IMG/VR virus record: IMGVR_UViG_3300009111_000004
Strand: one strand, 5' to 3'
DNA: 64,000 nt
From: an uncultured virus (IMG/VR IMGVR_UViG_3300009111_000004)
Lineage: Duplodnaviria; Heunggongvirae; Uroviricota; Caudoviricetes
Position numbers and translations under genes: made by a program
The notes under the pieces: generated by a model
Databases searched by the model: none
The model's input: only the letters and a program-made list of their open reading frames with translations
What the model was told of the DNA's origin: nothing
Shown: piece by piece, positions 18,362 through 29,075 of the stretch
Numbering within the stretch: the stretch's first letter is position 1
Layout: every line of letters starts with the position of its first letter

Positions 18362-21066
18362 AATTGTCCTATCGATCGTTGGAGTCCCATCATCTGTCCA
18401 GGATCAATTTTTTCTGTCCATCGTAAAGTACGTTTAATTTCATCTATATCAGTACTAATATGGATATCTGAGCTACTCATACGTCTTTTACCAAGATTAA
18501 TTAAACGATTACCTTTTAAACCTTTTTCGTCAGTGATCTGTTGATCAGTTTTTTTGGCTATACTAATGAACTCATCAGCGTCTTGAGATATCTCATAAGA
18601 TCCACCCATATTCTCTGTGGATCCAGCCACACCTTCTTTAAAGTCTTTACGATTTAATTGAGCAACAGTAATACAACAAATATCCATTGCATCAGCTATT
18701 TGGAACTTAATAATTTTAGATGCTTTCCCAACAACTTCATGACGTGCTAGACCTTTATCTGAAATTCCTGGTACAATCATTTGAACATAGTCTAGGAATG
18801 CAGCTTTAATATTATATTTGAAGCGGTACTCGTCATAGATAGAAAAAATTTCATCCATATGACCATATCTAGGTTTTTTGATATATAGTTGACTTTTAGC
18901 TATGCGATCGATAGCCCGTTGGACCCGGAGGAACTCATCGGCATTCATTTGTCCACTTTGAACTCGATCATTATCGACTCCACTTATAAGTGAAATAATA
19001 CGGAAAGAAATCTCTTCCTCAGTCATTTCTAGGGGAATCCATAATGTTGGAATTTGATCTTGATAGTCTGGACAAATTGAAATTGAGACAGCTAATTGGA
19101 GAGCTAATAAACTTTTACCAACACCGGTATTTCCAGAAATAATGACCTGATGTCGTCGTTGTAGTCCAGATATCGCTAGAGCTAATCCCGGTAAACACAT
19201 ATGAATCTGATTATCAATATCAATGATCTTAGAAAAATCATATCCAATGATTGCTGAACGATTCATCATACGTTCTTGAATGCATTGCATGACCTTAGTA
19301 GCTAGATCTACAGGTGTATTAATATCGTCTCGGCGTACATCTAAACTGGAAACTAGTTGACGTCGGAAGGAGGTAATTAATTCACTACTTGGCTTACCCA
19401 AATCTTGCATTTGGGTACCAAATAATTTAGATTGCTCAACGCCGGTTCGACGCCGCCAGAGATCTACGGTTCGTTGGAGAGCGTCAACAAACTCATATTT
19501 TGGTTCGGTTATGAGAATGGTATCGATGACTTTAGGTAAATCTCTATAGTGTGGGTAGATGGCTCCTAGTTTGTCTTTAATAACTTGAACAGTGACGCTC
19601 TTAGCCCCATTTGTATCCCTAGCTTCTCGATGGACCTGATCGAGTGTTCCATAGACATATTGGTAAGCACCCACTGTAAATACTTTTACATCAGAAATTG
19701 CTCTACGGGCACTTGAAAATGAATGTGGATTAAGTAAAATATATCGAAGCACAGCTAATTCTACATCTCGATTGTTTAACCCAGATTTGGTAAGTTTTAG
19801 GTCTCCTATGAAAGAACGGATACTGGCTGGGTCGATTTCCAATTCCTTAGCTAAATAGTTAGCTGTCATATCTAGATGTAGATCTGGCAAGCCCTGTAAA
19901 AAATCTTTTAATTCATGGATTAGGGCAAATCGATCTTGAGTAGAGATTTGTCCATCAGTATTACGCTTAGCATCGACATAGAATTGAATAGGTAGAATGG
20001 CCCGATCAAAAAAACTATCTAAATGAGCCCTACCAAATTCTTTTGCTAAACCATCAGGTTGGGAATCTATAGGAAGACGCACAACTAAAACGTGAACATT
20101 GGTCAATAAAGATATTGAATCTAAAAGGCGCATCGAGGCGGTTCGTCCAGCCTCATCTCCATCAAAGGCAACCCGAATTTCTCTAATACCATGCTCCTGA
20201 AGTGTGCGAATCTGATCTTCATGTATACTTGACCCAAGTATGGCTAGTCCGCCGGAGGCAATAGCCTGTTTTTGGCCCTCGACTATACGTACACTATATT
20301 TTAATTCCTTTAAGCGCTTACGTAGAATATGTAGCCCGAAGAAATATCCGTTGCTAAAAAGCGGATGCCGGTGACTAGTTCCTACATATTTACCACCCCA
20401 ATCTAGTGGAGGAGATAGAGGTTTATTATGGAATCGAACTGTATTATCTAGGATATCTTTAATAGGGTAAACTAATACATTATTCCATAATAATCGATTA
20501 TCGAATTCCAGAATAGCTAACTCTGATTGAGTTAGATTCGGAATAATTTTGAATAAATGTTGAACTAAAGCATCAATAGAGTGACAGTAGCCAACATTAT
20601 AGTCAATGACTTGTTCTAAATTGAATCCAGTATCGGATAGATACCAAGTCCGTATAGATTGATTTTGACATAATTGTTGAGCACACCAAATTGCTGCTTG
20701 ATTGCAAATTTGGATATATCGTTCGCGTTGTAGTTCTTCAGGTGTTAACGGTCGTTCATAAGCAGAAATATCTATTTGATATTTAGTAGCAAGTAGTCGA
20801 ATAGCCTCACTATAGGGAAGACCCATGTGGAGCTGTATAAATTTAAGTGCATCTCCGCCGATCCCACAGGCAAAACATTTCATTATGTGGGTTTGAGAAT
20901 GAACGTAGAAGGATGGGCTATTTTCGGTATGGAACGGACATGACCATACCGAATCCATACCTGATGTTTTAGCTGGTGGACCAAGTTCATCAGTAACGAC
21001 TTGAATAATATTTATTGACCGTCTGATGTGATCTGCAGCGGCCCGTACATCATGGAGTTTATTCAT
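18358..21066 (-). CDS. DnaG primase-DnaB helicase fusion
   Basis: CHC2 zinc finger CPFH..CFAC; TOPRIM VEG and FDGDEAG; DnaB GNTGVGKS, LEM, LDYVQ, AQLNR, ISQDAD. Confidence 0.93.
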   Translation of the reverse strand: MNKLHDVRAAADHIRRSINIIQVVTDELGPPAKTSGMDSVWSCPFHTENSPSFYVHSQTHIMKCFACGIGGDALKFIQLHMGLPYSEAIRLLATKYQIDISAYERPLTPEELQRERYIQICNQAAIWCAQQLCQNQSIRTWYLSDTGFNLEQVIDYNVGYCHSIDALVQHLFKIIPNLTQSELAILEFDNRLLWNNVLVYPIKDILDNTVRFHNKPLSPPLDWGGKYVGTSHRHPLFSNGYFFGLHILRKRLKELKYSVRIVEGQKQAIASGGLAILGSSIHEDQIRTLQEHGIREIRVAFDGDEAGRTASMRLLDSISLLTNVHVLVVRLPIDSQPDGLAKEFGRAHLDSFFDRAILPIQFYVDAKRNTDGQISTQDRFALIHELKDFLQGLPDLHLDMTANYLAKELEIDPASIRSFIGDLKLTKSGLNNRDVELAVLRYILLNPHSFSSARRAISDVKVFTVGAYQYVYGTLDQVHREARDTNGAKSVTVQVIKDKLGAIYPHYRDLPKVIDTILITEPKYEFVDALQRTVDLWRRRTGVEQSKLFGTQMQDLGKPSSELITSFRRQLVSSLDVRRDDINTPVDLATKVMQCIQERMMNRSAIIGYDFSKIIDIDNQIHMCLPGLALAISGLQRRHQVIISGNTGVGKSLLALQLAVSISICPDYQDQIPTLWIPLEMTEEEISFRIISLISGVDNDRVQSGQMNADEFLRVQRAIDRIAKSQLYIKKPRYGHMDEIFSIYDEYRFKYNIKAAFLDYVQMIVPGISDKGLARHEVVGKASKIIKFQIADAMDICCITVAQLNRKDFKEGVAGSTENMGGSYEISQDADEFISIAKKTDQQITDEKGLKGNRLINLGKRRMSSSDIHISTDIDEIKRTLRWTEKIDPGQMMGLQRSIGQL

Positions 21067-21859
21067 GATTAAATCGATAATCCTGAAGTAGATCGATAAA
21101 TTCTCGATCTTTTACCCACTGTTTAGCAAGATTTGGATCGAATTGATGTACGATCTTCTGACCTGCTTGTTGAGTTGAATCGATTAGACTACGTAATTTT
21201 AATTCTTGAATAGATTGAGTCTCAGCGGTCTTCTGTCGAACATATTCATCACGGAGAGAGATATCTCGGACTATAGCATACAAGTAAGCAATATTTCGTT
21301 TGTCTATATCTTTAATTCGTTCTGCTTCTCTTTTAATGATGTTTAAACTAAATCTTTCGTCTCCTAACATCGCAATCTTATTCAGATCATCTTCTGAAAA
21401 ATCAGTAATGAGAAAATTGTTAATTAACCATTCATATATCTCATGAACATGTGGACTAGATAGGACCCGGACTCGTCGATCATTGTCTAACAACCCATTA
21501 TTTCGTAACCACTCTATGTTATCAAAGTGACACAATAACATGGTTTGTAAAATATCTTGTTTAGATTTAAATGAGCCCGGTAGACTATTAGCTTTATTTT
21601 TTTTAAGTGTGGTCAGGTGTGAATCAATTTTAAAACGATGACAAACATCTTCATAGATCAATGGATCGAAGTGTTCTATAAACTCATTCATAAATTCTGG
21701 AGTACTTTTCCAGAATTTAGTATGGTAAACCCGCGACCATTCAAGCATCGACTCCAATAATTTCTTAGCCCGTTTAGACATAGGCCGTCCGAGCTTAGAT
21801 CCCGCTGGTAGTGAGATACTTAAGCTAGAAATAATAGGAGACAGATTATTATAGCTCAA
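21059..21859 (-). CDS. Hypothetical replication-associated protein (possible DnaD-like domain)
   Basis: Directly upstream of primase-helicase; NIAYLYAIVR resembles the DnaD YIxxIL motif. Confidence 0.4.
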   Translation of the reverse strand: MSYNNLSPIISSLSISLPAGSKLGRPMSKRAKKLLESMLEWSRVYHTKFWKSTPEFMNEFIEHFDPLIYEDVCHRFKIDSHLTTLKKNKANSLPGSFKSKQDILQTMLLCHFDNIEWLRNNGLLDNDRRVRVLSSPHVHEIYEWLINNFLITDFSEDDLNKIAMLGDERFSLNIIKREAERIKDIDKRNIAYLYAIVRDISLRDEYVRQKTAETQSIQELKLRSLIDSTQQAGQKIVHQFDPNLAKQWVKDREFIDLLQDYRFNHE

Positions 21860-22289
21860 CTTCCCACCTGGGACTGAATGGGATATTAGTTATTTTAATA
21901 TCCTGAATTTTGGTTGGAATAAAAGAGTGGATACATCCATGCAAGGAGCACCACCCAAAAAATTGTTGTCCTGTGCTTCTTTGGCGCATACTATATGGCT
22001 CAACCAGACGGGTTTGCCCATTGTATGTAAGTTGTAATAGTACCCTAGAACGTCCGGCTTTAGTAATGGTATCTATTATAGTAGCTTGATCCAGTGGGCC
22101 TACAGGTGGTACCTGTGGTGGAGGAGGGACTGTCGGGGGGGGTTGAATTTGTCGGATAGTGGGTTGTCGTGGAGCAGGATAGGTTGTTGGTCGAGGTTGT
22201 GTATGTGGTACTGGAGCATAAATTGGCTTAGGACTTTTGGTCCGTCTGAATAACGATCTAATCCTTGTCCAAAAGTCCCCAATAGCCAT
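21849..22289 (-). CDS. Stand-alone WYL-domain protein with Pro-rich N-terminus
   Basis: LTY...RLVEPY...FFGWC....IHSF...KIQDI; strong RBS AGGAGAGG. Confidence 0.8.
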   Translation of the reverse strand: MAIGDFWTRIRSLFRRTKSPKPIYAPVPHTQPRPTTYPAPRQPTIRQIQPPPTVPPPPQVPPVGPLDQATIIDTITKAGRSRVLLQLTYNGQTRLVEPYSMRQRSTGQQFFGWCSLHGCIHSFIPTKIQDIKITNIPFSPRWEVEL

Positions 22290-22307
22290 TGACCTCTCCT
22301 ATATATA

Positions 22308-22801
22308 CTAGCTTTTATTGCTCGTGATATCTACCCAATCTACTACTCTTATAACATTTAACCATCGACCCGGCAGATACACGGCCATTAACATGTTATC
22401 AACCGCATAGAATTCAAGCCGTTGATTATCAGTAATGGTCATTCGATCAGCTTCAATCGTATTTTCATCTTCATCATGCTTACGTTGGATAATTACTTTA
22501 AATTTAGCCATTATGCTGTTCCTTTTTCACTTAAAAATTGTGTAACTCTTACTTCATGTTCTTGATTAGTTTGGCCGCGTTCACCTACTCGTAAGGCATC
22601 AATAGCATTTTCGATTCGCTTATTGGTGTCTTTGATAGTCTCATTAACGGCACTAACCCACTCTTTCTTATCGTCTCTGAGTTGAATGAGTTCTTTATTA
22701 AGATCGGCGATTACTTTACGAAGTTCAGTTACAGTTAAACGATCATATCCAAACGGATTCTTTACTACTTGTTGGTTATCCATCACGCTTCCTTTTAGCA
22801 A
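22308..22801 (-). CDS. Two hypothetical proteins (22308-22511; 22511-22801, coiled coil)
   Basis: Contiguous ORFs with TAATG overlap. Confidence 0.5.
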
Positions 22802-22894
22802 TGGCTAAGTATATAAGTGACAACTAAAATAACTATAGAGACAATTAATATTTCTAGATAATCTATCAATTTATTGTTCATATATATATATAAT

Positions 22895-24358
22895 TTATGC
22901 AATAATACAGTGTTCATGTTCGTATTGACTATGGCGAATCTGGTGATGTTTCGATAAGAACTGGGTTTGAGTGTTGAAATCTAAAGCAATTCCATATTCT
23001 TTATCAGATTTACCCATAGGACGACGGGCTACCCGACCCAATAGTTGTCGAATATCTTTCAAATCGCTGGCCAATGCCATTACATTTAATGATGGGATAT
23101 CTAATCCTGTTCCTCCCACGTCGCTGACCAACACTAATAATTCTTTTTTACGAAGGGCATCATAAACGGCTCGACGTTCAAGGCGAGGGGTCTTGCCATT
23201 AACTAGTACTGCTCCCGGAATTAGATTCTTTATAGTTTGACCAAATTCTAGACTGTGGGCAGCATGAACAAAGACTGATTGCCCATGGCAAGCAAAATCC
23301 CACACTTTTTTAACAACATCTTCGTGATATTTATGGTTATTTAACATCTCTTGTTCAAGGCAGTCACGATAATTCTTACCCCAATCATATTGAATCCCAT
23401 ATTTAGTTCGTTTTTGATGTCTTTTATATTCTGAATTTAGTGCAATACGATTAATTATATTAACTGCTACTGGTACTTTAAGCCCAAGATTAACAAAATT
23501 TAATTTACGACAATCATAGATAATACGTCCGAAGTGTTGTTCTAATTCTAAATTCTGTCTCTTTTCTGCGCGTTCAGCCCACCCATAAGGTGTAGCGGAG
23601 AATCCGTAAAAATTGGTGGTGCGATCAAAATAAGGTATTACCTTTGCAGTACCTTCGCTGTCATATAGATGTGCCTCATCAGAGATTAGAACCCTAACTT
23701 CTTTCAAGTGTTCAAGGAGGGCTTTTCGTTTCTGGGCTGAGGTAATCGTCTTACCCTGACTAATTGATAATAGAGACTGAATTGTGGAGACAGTAATGTC
23801 TTGAAGATTAAATTCCCCATCACCAATTATTCCGATTGGATGATCAAAATAGCGTTGTAAAGATTGAACCATTTGATCTAATAGTACTATGTCTGTGACT
23901 ATGATCATACAACGTAGTTTTAATGCATTAATAGCTAATGCAATACAGATTGTCTTACCGCTACCAGTTGGGCTAACAATAATTCCTATGGGATGTTGAA
24001 TTACAATATCAGGAATTTTTTGCTGAAAGTCAAATAGTTTAATTTGTTGTTGAAGGAATTGATAATCGACTTGTTTGATAGGGGTTTGACCGATATAAGT
24101 AGTCCGTGTTGGGTAACCGGCTTCTTGTAGCGTGTCTGTAACTCTGGTTAGAAGACCCCGACGAAAACACCCATGATGTAAATCATATAGACGATTCCAG
24201 CCATCCCATTTTTCGCTCTGATAAGTGTAAACATGTTCAAAGCCATCTGGTCTATATTTTAATGTGTCCCAAAGTAATTTGTCTACTTCTGTTGGAACAG
24301 GACGTTCTATGGTAGCATTAATATTATCGTATATAATATTAATCATTAGTATACTCAA
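22895..24358 (-). CDS. Superfamily 2 DExH helicase (UvsW/ResIII-like)
   Basis: SPTGSGKT, DEAH, SATP, GLDIP, QLLGRVAR. Confidence 0.93.
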   Translation of the reverse strand: MSILMINIIYDNINATIERPVPTEVDKLLWDTLKYRPDGFEHVYTYQSEKWDGWNRLYDLHHGCFRRGLLTRVTDTLQEAGYPTRTTYIGQTPIKQVDYQFLQQQIKLFDFQQKIPDIVIQHPIGIIVSPTGSGKTICIALAINALKLRCMIIVTDIVLLDQMVQSLQRYFDHPIGIIGDGEFNLQDITVSTIQSLLSISQGKTITSAQKRKALLEHLKEVRVLISDEAHLYDSEGTAKVIPYFDRTTNFYGFSATPYGWAERAEKRQNLELEQHFGRIIYDCRKLNFVNLGLKVPVAVNIINRIALNSEYKRHQKRTKYGIQYDWGKNYRDCLEQEMLNNHKYHEDVVKKVWDFACHGQSVFVHAAHSLEFGQTIKNLIPGAVLVNGKTPRLERRAVYDALRKKELLVLVSDVGGTGLDIPSLNVMALASDLKDIRQLLGRVARRPMGKSDKEYGIALDFNTQTQFLSKHHQIRHSQYEHEHCIIA

Positions 24359-24525
24359 TTAATGTATGGCACCTACTACATCTAAAAGCACTTTTAATGT
24401 TTTTATATTTAGGATCCCATTTATGGTCCCAGAGTACGCACAAGAACATTGGTAATAGATCTAATATGATGATCCTTATAATATGTGGAAAATAATACTT
24501 AATGAAACGATAAAAATGCATCATA

Positions 24526-25035
24526 TTATGACCTAAAGGTAAGACACCAAAATATTTGGGTGTGATATTGCCAAGTTATATCCACTTCCTTAAATTTACT
24601 ATTATCAACATTCCATTGTTTATGATTATATGAATCCTGTATACTAGATTGTAACTTCATAATATCCCACTGATGCAGAGTTTCGTGGGCTAATCCAATC
24701 ATACAACGTTCTAGCCACACATTAGAATCTCCTACTTGCCAGGATCCATATACTCCATCTCGATTTTCTAATGATGGTGAGTCCCAAACCCAATATTCCC
24801 ATGATCTATCTGATAGTCTAGGTAATTCATCGCCATTAGTTATTATAGTCATGCTTTGTATTAATTGTGATGCATACCAATTAACCATATCACAGGAACC
24901 GATATTCGATTGAAATTTAAATGTCCCAATAGAATGATCACATACTAATTTGGGAGTCCACGAAGGCGGCCCTAACACTCCAACTCCACATCCATTAGTA
25001 TATAGGTAAATTATAAAAATTAAAAATTTTCTCAT
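24526..25035 (-). CDS. Putative lipoprotein with HExxH motif
   Basis: MRKFLIFII...NGC signal/lipobox-like N-terminus; AHETLH. Confidence 0.5.
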   Translation of the reverse strand: MRKFLIFIIYLYTNGCGVGVLGPPSWTPKLVCDHSIGTFKFQSNIGSCDMVNWYASQLIQSMTIITNGDELPRLSDRSWEYWVWDSPSLENRDGVYGSWQVGDSNVWLERCMIGLAHETLHQWDIMKLQSSIQDSYNHKQWNVDNSKFKEVDITWQYHTQIFWCLTFRS

Positions 25036-25037
25036 AT

Positions 25038-25418
25038 TTAGAACGGATTTCGAGGAGTTTGAGCACCAGTAATCATCCGCGAAGCTGTTTCTCGGACTTG
25101 TTCAGTGGTTTGAAGTGCTCGATAGAGGATATCTTTCTTGCGACCTAGGACTTCTGCGATTTCTTTGCTCGTGGGCTCACCACTAGTACGTAGACTGGTT
25201 TGGGTAGGAGTGGCCCCTACAACTATTACATATAATTCGGTAAGTAATAGTTGTAGGTTAGCTAAATCAGCCATCACTGGTAGAACTTCGATTTGAACGT
25301 TTAAGGTATGATTTGGACCTGGTCTTGGAACCTTAATTGCTCGTAATTCATTAGAAACCCACAATGATAAATCTAATGCAGTCTGATCAAGTACATTAGT
25401 TACATTTATGTTTGCCAT
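25038..25418 (-). CDS. Hypothetical protein
   Basis: ORF; likely start at MANINVT. Confidence 0.5.
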   Translation of the reverse strand: MANINVTNVLDQTALDLSLWVSNELRAIKVPRPGPNHTLNVQIEVLPVMADLANLQLLLTELYVIVVGATPTQTSLRTSGEPTSKEIAEVLGRKKDILYRALQTTEQVRETASRMITGAQTPRNPF

Positions 25419-26043
25419 TGTCTTTCCCGTCACAGACTGGAACACCTTTACAGAAAGCAAGTCCGAGCAAAATTGCTTCTGCAATATCATTATCTTTTTG
25501 TTTTAGGTTTAATTTAAATTGTTGATTGACCATATCAATAGCAACATGCTTTCTAGTTACTTTACCTTTAATACCTGCTTGCTTTTTAAGTTGAGTGAAT
25601 CTTTTTCTATCTATTCTACCATTAACTTTAGATTGTTGTTTTAATTTTGATAATTTTTTATTATTGTCTTTTGAAGATTTAGTTAATTCAACATTAAGTT
25701 TATTTCTCCATGTTGATGTATTAACATAATACACACTACCAGAAAATACTACATTAATTTTATAAAGGGATAAACAGTGTACAAATTCTAATAACTTTTG
25801 GGTATATCTAGATTTAGATTGATTAGTTTCTTCGATTATCAGTGTTGATGGTCGTATTTTCACTATCAATTGTAGTATACTTTTAGCCATATACTCAGCC
25901 CGCTCTAAATAATTAAATGGATATTTCTGATTACATTTACTATAATTAGAAATAGCACCATAATCAGTGAGCGTTTGTGATATACCATCATACACCGCCC
26001 ATCCAGTACATCTGCTCGATATGTCCAATGCTAATATCAGCAT
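25396..26043 (-). CDS. ruvC: RuvC-like Holliday junction resolvase
   Basis: LALDISSRCTGWA, IIEE, V.TSTWR, DNDIAEAILLG. Confidence 0.85.
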   Translation of the reverse strand: MLILALDISSRCTGWAVYDGISQTLTDYGAISNYSKCNQKYPFNYLERAEYMAKSILQLIVKIRPSTLIIEETNQSKSRYTQKLLEFVHCLSLYKINVVFSGSVYYVNTSTWRNKLNVELTKSSKDNNKKLSKLKQQSKVNGRIDRKRFTQLKKQAGIKGKVTRKHVAIDMVNQQFKLNLKQKDNDIAEAILLGLAFCKGVPVCDGKDNGKHKCN

Positions 26044-26049
26044 ATGTCA

Positions 26050-26421
26050 CTACCATGATAAACTACGATTAGTTCCCATAACTAATCGTGTAAATGGTCG
26101 TAATCGTAATAAACGAATAGATTTGACTGGAATAGTTAATTCAGTAAGGAATGATTCTATCGTTCCAGGCCAAATATCTAGAGAAGATCCGTTTAATAAT
26201 GAGATTTTAATACCACCTTTTCTATTGATACAATGTGGTAATCCAGAGACCCTAACTAATCGACAAGCATTTTGGTATTGATCGGGTGGGATCATTATAT
26301 CATAATCATTAGGTTTAACTAAAGTTAAACCTTCGACATAGTCGACGCTGGAGCCACACAACCAGCTACCCAGATCCATGAGTTGATTACATGGATCTGG
26401 CATACAATTTTTATTTTTCAT
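26050..26421 (-). CDS. Minimal nucleotidyltransferase-like protein
   Basis: CGSS...NDYDIMI...LDIW: Pol-beta-type GS/DxD/D triad. Confidence 0.55.
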   Translation of the reverse strand: MKNKNCMPDPCNQLMDLGSWLCGSSVDYVEGLTLVKPNDYDIMIPPDQYQNACRLVRVSGLPHCINRKGGIKISLLNGSSLDIWPGTIESFLTELTIPVKSIRLLRLRPFTRLVMGTNRSLSW

Positions 26422-26424
26422 GGA

Positions 26425-26778
26425 TTATAATAAATCTGCTAACTGCTGATAGTGAATCTTTGCAGCCTTTCGAACTGCCTGCTGCCGGGACTTTTGGATC
26501 CAATTAGGATTTAAAGCTGCATAAATAGCATATTTATTTGGTACTGATGTTAATGTCCACCCAAAGTAATAACGTTGAGGAACTCGTACAACCCAATCAT
26601 TTCTACCATTAAGATCTGGATTATCACATTCAGCTATAATGTTAGAACCAACTAGGTCGGGTAGTGAGTCTACAATAATATAAAAACTTTCATTAGGAGG
26701 CGGGATAGCGGTCATCATTGGAAGATGATATACTGTAAGCACTGGTACTACAGGAGTGATATTTTTACGAGTACGCAT
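26425..26778 (-). CDS. Hypothetical protein
   Basis: 117-aa ORF in operon. Confidence 0.5.
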   Translation of the reverse strand: MRTRKNITPVVPVLTVYHLPMMTAIPPPNESFYIIVDSLPDLVGSNIIAECDNPDLNGRNDWVVRVPQRYYFGWTLTSVPNKYAIYAALNPNWIQKSRQQAVRKAAKIHYQQLADLL

Positions 26779-26807
26779 ATGATCTCTATTAGGATGGAGT
26801 CTATATA

Positions 26808-27938
26808 CTACTTAGATAATACTTCGGTGCGAATCTTATTAAGTAATTCTGGTCCACCTCCACGTAAAGCGGTTACTAAACCTTCCTTACCATTACTTTT
26901 AATGTCTCCATAATAAAACCATGATGAGGATTTTTGAATTACCCCAGTTTGGATACCAACCTCAACCACATCCTTATAGATATCAACCCCTGGTACGTAT
27001 TCAAGTCCATCTATGTCTTTAGCCGCATGAAAGTATACGTCCCACGTAATTGGATCTACTGGAATAGCTGCAGTCTTGTTCTTGACTAACTTTGCCTTGA
27101 TTGATACACCAATACGCCTCTCTTCTTTACCACCGATATTATTAGGAATCACCCTTTGAATGTCTCCTAATTTATCTACCTCTAAAGAGTAGGTTGCAAA
27201 GAAGTTTAACGCAGTACCGCCCGTATGACCTTCGGTCGGCCCAAACATTACCATTGGCTTCATACGCATTTGATTAATGAATACTACTACTGTACGTTGA
27301 AATGCGTTTAATAATGTAGTAATTTGCTGCAAACCTTCTGCCATCATTTGAGCCTGAGTTGCCTTTTGGCCTTGACCTACTACTGCGTTTAGCCGACTTG
27401 CCGGAATTAAAGATGGTGTTGAGTCTACAATAATCATCTCAATACCGTTTTGGATAAGGATACTCATAACGGCAAAGTAGTCTTCACCAGTCAGGATTCT
27501 CTCTGGAGTACTACGGAAGAGCATGATTCGTTCTGGATCTATACCTACTGAAGCAGCCATAGATGGGGAGAAGGTTCCTTCAGCATCAAGAAACGCAACA
27601 CGTCCCATTCCATCAGGATTGAGATCGCATTTCTCAAATGCCATTTTTTGGACTGCAGCTCCCATAGTTAGAGTCGTAAGAGTCTTTCCAGTCCCCTCCC
27701 AACCGTGTATGTCAAGAATACGCCCACCAAGGATCCCACCTGTCCCCAGATATCGATCTAGAGATAAGATATTAGTAGGGTACTTATGGATGTATTGATT
27801 ACCAGTAGCTGCAGCCATAGAAGTTGTTCCTACAGCACTAACTTGGGCTTTTAGGTGTTCATTGATTGCCACTGATAAAGACGCAAAATCCTTGCCGCGA
27901 GGCACCTTAGGTGCCTCGCTCTCTCTATTCTTAGCCAT
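26808..27938 (-). CDS. recA: RecA/UvsX recombinase
   Basis: GWEGTGKT, FLDAE, IIVDS, FINQMR, TGGTALNF, VKNK, SSWFYY. Confidence 0.96.
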   Translation of the reverse strand: MAKNRESEAPKVPRGKDFASLSVAINEHLKAQVSAVGTTSMAAATGNQYIHKYPTNILSLDRYLGTGGILGGRILDIHGWEGTGKTLTTLTMGAAVQKMAFEKCDLNPDGMGRVAFLDAEGTFSPSMAASVGIDPERIMLFRSTPERILTGEDYFAVMSILIQNGIEMIIVDSTPSLIPASRLNAVVGQGQKATQAQMMAEGLQQITTLLNAFQRTVVVFINQMRMKPMVMFGPTEGHTGGTALNFFATYSLEVDKLGDIQRVIPNNIGGKEERRIGVSIKAKLVKNKTAAIPVDPITWDVYFHAAKDIDGLEYVPGVDIYKDVVEVGIQTGVIQKSSSWFYYGDIKSNGKEGLVTALRGGGPELLNKIRTEVLSK

Positions 27939-27944
27939 AATTAA

Positions 27945-29063
27945 TTACGCCTTTTTGGCGGCGCGGGAAGCTTCTAACTCTTGAGTTAAGGCGGCTCGTA
28001 GGATATTTAGTTTCTCTGGGACTAGAGAGTAATAATCATGACTACCACCATTATGTTTGCGCAACATTGGTACCATAGTTTGAATAATACCAATACCCTG
28101 GAATTCTACCTGTGCATTTAACCATTTAGCGAACTCAGCGTGCGCAGCTCCAGCTATATTTGTTTGCACTGCTGGTGCTGATGTCTGTGGTGTTACATTA
28201 ACTGGCGTAGCAGACGGCATAATGACTGGCGTAGGTACAGCTTCCACCACAGGAGATGGCATTGAAGCTAGAAAGCCTGGTTCTTGAACTGAAGTTAAAC
28301 CACGTGCCTCAATTTTATTTTCACCTCCAGTAATAGTTATACCAGTTACTCCTGACAAGCCACCAGTGGCACTAATACCACCTACCCCAGTAAATCCTTG
28401 CATAGAAGGCATCCCATCGCCATTAATCATCTGGATGAATTTTTCTCCAGTTGCAGGAGCCATGTCTCTCTTAGCTAAATCCATTAGTCTACGTGCTTCT
28501 GCTAGATCGTCAGCACTAGGAACGAATGGGGTTGCGTCCTGTCGAACAGCACTATACTGAGTTTTTTTACCAGCTCCAGTCTTACTTATCATCCAGTCAC
28601 AACGAGTTAAGTCTTGTTGGTCCTGTGGTTGAGTTCCATACCACTCATCCATATTTTTATAAACACCATTACCGCCTTTTAGAATCTTAATGGCCCCGGT
28701 ATCCATTTCCTTTACTGGTAATAGATGCATTGGCTTCTTAGGGAAATCTGCCCGCTGCCCCTTCTTATTAAATCTTGTTTGCGAATCTACTAGTGCCCAA
28801 AGTGGATCTTGTGTAACACAAGGATTACATCCGGATCCAGATCGATTTTGACTAGTACATAGTTCATAACTATATCGACGGATGGTTTGTGGGGTTTTAC
28901 CATCTGGACCTAGTTGAACTACTTCAGGAATACTATGACCCCAAATAGATTCTGGTTTAGAAAAAACTGGTCTAACTCGCTTAGGTATATCAGTCACATC
29001 GAATAAATAATCTGGCTTCTTAGACTTTTGATCGTTATTATTAAGAAAACCCATTTTGTACAA
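27945..29063 (-). CDS. Probable single-stranded DNA-binding protein (gp32-like)
   Basis: H...C...CNPC Zn ligands, KILKGG, D..ISKTGAGKKTQY pattern, low-complexity tail; directly upstream of recA. Confidence 0.65.
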   Translation of the reverse strand: MYKMGFLNNNDQKSKKPDYLFDVTDIPKRVRPVFSKPESIWGHSIPEVVQLGPDGKTPQTIRRYSYELCTSQNRSGSGCNPCVTQDPLWALVDSQTRFNKKGQRADFPKKPMHLLPVKEMDTGAIKILKGGNGVYKNMDEWYGTQPQDQQDLTRCDWMISKTGAGKKTQYSAVRQDATPFVPSADDLAEARRLMDLAKRDMAPATGEKFIQMINGDGMPSMQGFTGVGGISATGGLSGVTGITITGGENKIEARGLTSVQEPGFLASMPSPVVEAVPTPVIMPSATPVNVTPQTSAPAVQTNIAGAAHAEFAKWLNAQVEFQGIGIIQTMVPMLRKHNGGSHDYYSLVPEKLNILRAALTQELEASRAAKKA

Positions 29064-29075
29064 CCTTTCATTTAA

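Noticed and set aside
22880..22893. (TA)n run as a replication origin
   Set aside because: Too short, and no iterons or other support
27328..27343. sigma54-like TGGCAGA-AGGT-TTGCA inside recA
   Set aside because: Lies in a constrained coding helix (MAEGLQ) and lacks the GC-rich context of the other sites; possibly chance
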